Positions 59,701 through 64,000 of a DNA stretch of 64,000 bases are shown piece after piece (positions within the stretch are counted from its first letter, which is position 1; the number at the start of each line of letters is the position of its first letter). Made by a program: the position numbers and the translations under genes. The stretch spans positions 1,426,001 through 1,490,000 of the forward strand of contig CM120642.1 of the NCBI GenBank assembly GCA_051362555.1. The letters run 5' to 3'. Under the pieces are notes generated by a model, which was not told the DNA's origin, made no database searches, and was given only the letters and a program-made list of their open reading frames with translations. Source of the DNA: Lingula anatina. Lineage: Eukaryota; Animalia; Brachiopoda.

Positions 59701-62700
59701 TTTTTCTCACCTGTTGTTTGGTTTCCTTGGCTGGGAACTTAGATTTGTCCTTTTCCACTTTAGGTATACTGTTTTATTTGATTATGCAACTTGATGTTTG
59801 CCTGATGTAATGCATTAGATGATATTAACAAAAAAAAAGTGAGGTATTGTTGATGATGTAGACAACCTGAAAAAAAGAAAAATGATATATATGATTGTTT
59901 ACAAATTTAAGAATTGATTCAAAAATTAAATGCTCATTTACAAATTTATAGTTTTAAAAATTATTTTTTAAATTCTGGGAATAATAAAGATGATAACCCA
60001 GTTTAACTGAAAACAATTACTTATTGATCCATCCTTTCACTGCCAAATGCAAATCAAGTCTTTCCTCTGACTGTGTCAAGCTGAAAAAATTGATCATATC
60101 AAGATACCGTGGTAATGGAGATTAACCCTCAAAGCTATCTTCATATTTTTCCTATGCTCAAAAAATGTTATTTTTTTGCAATTATTCAATGATAGATGTA
60201 AAAATTAGTAAATCACATGCACATGGGTTTTGATAACATTTCTAGTGGTAGTAGTTAGGGTAGGGCAGCCCATTGGTTGGTTGGTGGTTCAGTTGAATGC
60301 TATATACTTCTTCACAGCTGATGGTTTACTGTTGCCTTATACAGAAAATGTATTAATTATAAGAGATTAAAGTAATTGTAACAGTTATAATTCAGATATT
60401 GGTATCCCTGAATAGTATAAAACATGTGAGGTGGCAGGGTTAAAATGTGTATTTATTATGATTTTTAAGTAGAGACTTCCAAGTTCTAGCTCAGAGATCT
60501 CACTGTCTAAGTCTTTGGTGCATGTCACTAAAAATGAACTCCTTTTCAAATGTCAGTGATTGGATTTAAGTGAAATGACCCTCTTATTTACGATATTCTT
60601 TTCTCATCTTTTCCAGGAAGTACAAATCTCCTAGACTCCTCAGGTGGAGATGACCTGCCCCCTGGTGTCGGTCAGTATGATGACTTCCACACCATCGACT
60701 GGCAGAGAGACATCACGCGGGACAGGCTGCGCCACCGGAATATTGAGAAGAAGAAACAGGAGGGTTTTCTTGATAAGATCAAAGGAGCATATGATGCTGG
60801 CTCTGGATGGCTGTGTGTGTTCCTTGTGGGAATTGCCGCAGGTTTGTTTGTTTGTTTGTTTGTTTGTTTGTTTGTATTATATAGTGCACCAATCGTTGCA
60901 GATATAATTATGAAAATGAACAAATAAGTTCTTTAAACACATGAGAATATTAGAAGTAATCTGAAAGTTTATGGTAATTCTAGAGTTTTTTGTTTCATTG
61001 TTTCAAAGGCTGGCTGTATTTAGTTCAGTGTGAAAAGTAGAGATGTTAACTTTATTCAGATTTTTCATCTTAATTAAAAGCAGATATTAAGCAATTATTG
61101 ATTTTTCCAATTAAAAACTGATAATTGTATGGGAAAACATGAACTCAATAGCATGAGACCCTGTACATACAGGCTACATGAAATCAGCTAGATATTAATT
61201 TAATATAAAACTTTCTCCAGGCACCTTTGCTGGTATAATAGACATAGGAACAACATGGATGTCTGATCTGAGGAATGGTATCTGTCTTGAAGAATTCTGG
61301 TTTAACAGAGAACAGTGCTGCTGGGCGGCTAACTCATCTACAGATGGAGACGAGGCGTGTGACAGGGTACGGACTTAATTAATAACTGTCAGCAGGCTCA
61401 TTGGCAGAATATTTGGATATTTCAGGGGAGGGGGGAGTCCAAATGAACCCCACTTTTGGTTGGATGTAGGTTCTATCTAATTATGTCATCTGGGAAGGTA
61501 GAAAGGTTCACTCTTTCAGAAAAATCAGCCTCCCCCCCCCCTCCCTTTGAAATTGTTGGCTACAGGCCTGGTCAACAGCCAGTACTGTAGATTTGATAAG
61601 TAATATGCTTGTTCCTTTTTTTCTCAAGCTACAAATGGAGTTGCATTAAATGAGTAAATTACAAAGAAAATTGGTAATTCCATGATTTTCATCAATTTAC
61701 AAAGGACAGAAATAATCAAATTTCATCCAATAAAGAAAAAAAATGCAGTCAACATAAAAGGATCTTGACTTGGATGAAAGCTAGACGGACATAGCTGGAA
61801 AAACAAAGTTTTCATGACTTCCTGTCAATAATAATTAGTTTTATCTAGAAAATGGGCTGCAAATACCTTAAAATTTAATTTTTTTCCCCAGTGGCGGACG
61901 TGGGCTGAACTGTTTGGAGATTTTGCCCCAAACTATAACCCTGGGGTGTACATCCTCACCTACATCATGTACGTTATCTGGTCCATGGTATTTGCCACAT
62001 TGGCCGTGATGCTGGTGCGTGTGTTTGCGCCGTATGCCTGTGGCTCTGGTATTCCTGAGGTAAGATTGTATGAACGTGTATACTTTTAAAACTTGTTCAT
62101 TTTTGTAATTTATGATTTTTACTAACTTATAATAAGTGACATTAGGCAACTTATATTGTAACTTCCACAACTATCAAAATATTAATCAAGACAAAATAGC
62201 ATTACAAAAATATAGATGTGTGATAGTCTTGTTACAAAAAAAATAATAAAAAAATACTTATTAAACAATAATGAACAGATGTATAAAGTATTTTACCACA
62301 TTTTCCTCCAGATCAAGACCATCTTGAGTGGTTTCATCATCCGTGGTTACCTGGGTAAATGGACATTGATCATCAAGTCAGTGTGTATGATGCTGGCAGT
62401 ATCAGCAGGACTTAGTCTGGGGAAGGAGGGACCCCTGGTCCATGTAGCCAGCTGCTGTGGAAATATCTTCTCCTACATGTTCCCAAAGTATGGCAAGAAT
62501 GAGGCCAAGAAAAGAGAGGTGATTTTCCTTTCTTTTTTTCTTAGTTCTTTCTTTCTTTCTAGAAAATGGACAGTGATTTTGAAGTAAATAAATAAGTGTG
62601 TCCTGTGTATGTAGCTCCTGGAAAAAAGAGAAATGTATGTAGTCTGGAAAGGACAGGGTTTTTATTTAAAATATGAGTTTCTTCATAAAAAGCATGATTT

Positions 62701-63768
62701 ATGAGCACAGAAATATGTAGTAAAGTGGTTGTTTTCTTACATGAACATTTATTTCCAGATTTTATCAGCAGCATCTGCGGCAGGAGTCAGTGTTGCTTTT
62801 GGTGCCCCTATTGGTGGGGTACTCTTCAGCTTGGAGGAGGTAAGAAAATTGGTTATACACTATAACAGGTACTTGTAGAAGAGAGCAATAAAACTGAAAA
62901 TGGTAAAAATAGCTCCTTTGTTTGCCTCAATAACCCACAACTTTGATTAGATTTTAAAGCAAGTTGGAATTGAGAGAAGTAGTCAAGTTTTTATGTCATG
63001 AATTCTTATGTAATAATTCCATTATATGTGAAAAGTAAGCAGGTCCTTTTTTCCTTAAAGATGCAGGATTTTTTTAATTTGCTGAAACACTTCCATGAAA
63101 ATTTTTTTAAATATTTTTTTTATTCAGGTTAGTTATTACTTCCCCCTGAAGACACTTTGGCGTTCCTTCTTCTGTGCTCTTGTGGCAGCATTTGTGTTGC
63201 GTTCCATCAACCCGTTTGGTAACGACCACCTGGTGATGTTCTATGTGGAGTATAATACTCCCTGGCATATAGTGGAACTCATACCTTTCATATTGATAGG
63301 AGCTTTAGGGGTAAGTATCCCAGCCTGCCCTCCATGTGTAGCACCTTTAGTGTTAGTGTTTCTCATTGAACTCTATCTTAATGGAATGTCACTTGTTGTT
63401 GACTTTAAGTGTATAAAGTGATACTTGCTAGTAATTTGCATAATTTTATGCAGTAATTACTTTAAGGCTTGTTAACAGGAAAAACAGGTGATATTGACTT
63501 CACTGCTGCAAGTATGGGTCTCTGCCCATTGTAATGTATGTTACAGTAGATATTGGCTATTGGTGTATAGCACACACTGCTTTGGCCAGAGATTTACACT
63601 TGCACCAGTGGCATGCATCAAGCTGCACTCTACTCTCTGGTACCAGAACCTTCACTATCCAAACTGATTTGATTCCAGGGGTTATTTGGTGCATTATTTG
63701 TCAAAGCCAATGTGTGGTGGTGTAGAAAGAGGAAGACCACCAAACTGGGTCAGTGGCCCATCACGGAG
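50760..63768 (+). CDS. CLCN3: H+/Cl- exchange transporter, ClC-3/4/5 family; 5' part (continues beyond window)
   Basis: Core exons 60617-60841 ([11 protein letters not shown]), 61221-61366, 61892-62059 ([12 protein letters not shown]), 62312-62518 (GKEGP), 62759-62839 ([15 protein letters not shown]), 63128-63310 ([15 protein letters not shown]), 63679-63768; upstream phase-1 exons 50760-50973, 53994-54219, 56091-56148, 59174-59338 (SSDEELLE, as in ClC-3 N-terminus). Confidence 0.9.
52072..53051. mobile_element. 980-bp non-autonomous DNA transposon/MITE, PIF/Harbinger-like
   Basis: 34-bp TIR GGCCACACTTTTTTA(A/T)TTTTATGGATGACATCCT (1 mismatch), TTA 3-bp TSD both sides; internal ~163-bp duplication at ~52597-52890. 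Confidence 0.85.
57091..57502. repeat. 73-bp intronic minisatellite (~5.5 copies)
   Basis: tatggtttcaaacctttgctgataaaatattaaagtggcaacttctagaatacctctaatagaattt recurs at 57232, 57305, etc. Confidence 0.9.
60842..60874 (+). repeat. (GTTT)n microsatellite that begins at the donor GT
   Basis: gcag|gtttgtttgtttg… directly at exon end. Confidence 0.9.
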
Positions 63769-64000
63769 GTGAGAAATTTGAACCCTGAAAGTTTTTATTC
63801 GGCTTTGTAAAATACATCTCTTTTGCTGTCTCAAATGTGTTACCAATTCACTTGATCTTAATCCTTTCTTTTTGGCCTTTTTTTCTTTATTTATAATATT
63901 TAATAGATACAGCACTCTTGTGTACATTTCTTCTGCCATCTGACATTTAATTTAATGTTTGAGTTGTTTGATTGTTATTGACAAGAAATAAGGTAAATGA

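Overview
Intron-rich, AT-rich eukaryotic (invertebrate, probably lophotrochozoan/mollusc-like) genomic DNA. On the + strand, 331-40028 holds the 3' ~45 coding exons of the giant bridge-like lipid-transfer gene BLTP1 (KIAA1109/tweek). Its introns contain an intronless antisense UDP-glycosyltransferase with a non-canonical catalytic dyad, two oppositely oriented Helentron/HINE-like elements carrying 146-bp arrays, and a TTAA-flanked Kolobok-like DNA transposon. Downstream are a partial CUB-domain/Tyr-motif gene (+), an intronless ATXN10 (-), and, head-to-head with it, the 5' part of a CLCN3-type Cl-/H+ exchanger (+) with several candidate alternative N-terminal exons and MITEs. Most striking: (1) at least eight BLTP1 exon 3' ends (plus the stop-codon region) have been copied into the downstream intron, mostly together with the splice-donor region, from single decayed copies up to a 34-copy array; (2) ~3-kb inverted elements bracket three symmetric phase-1 exons (582 nt), predicting in-frame skipping or a stop-free circRNA. 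All coordinates were read by eye; no searches were run.
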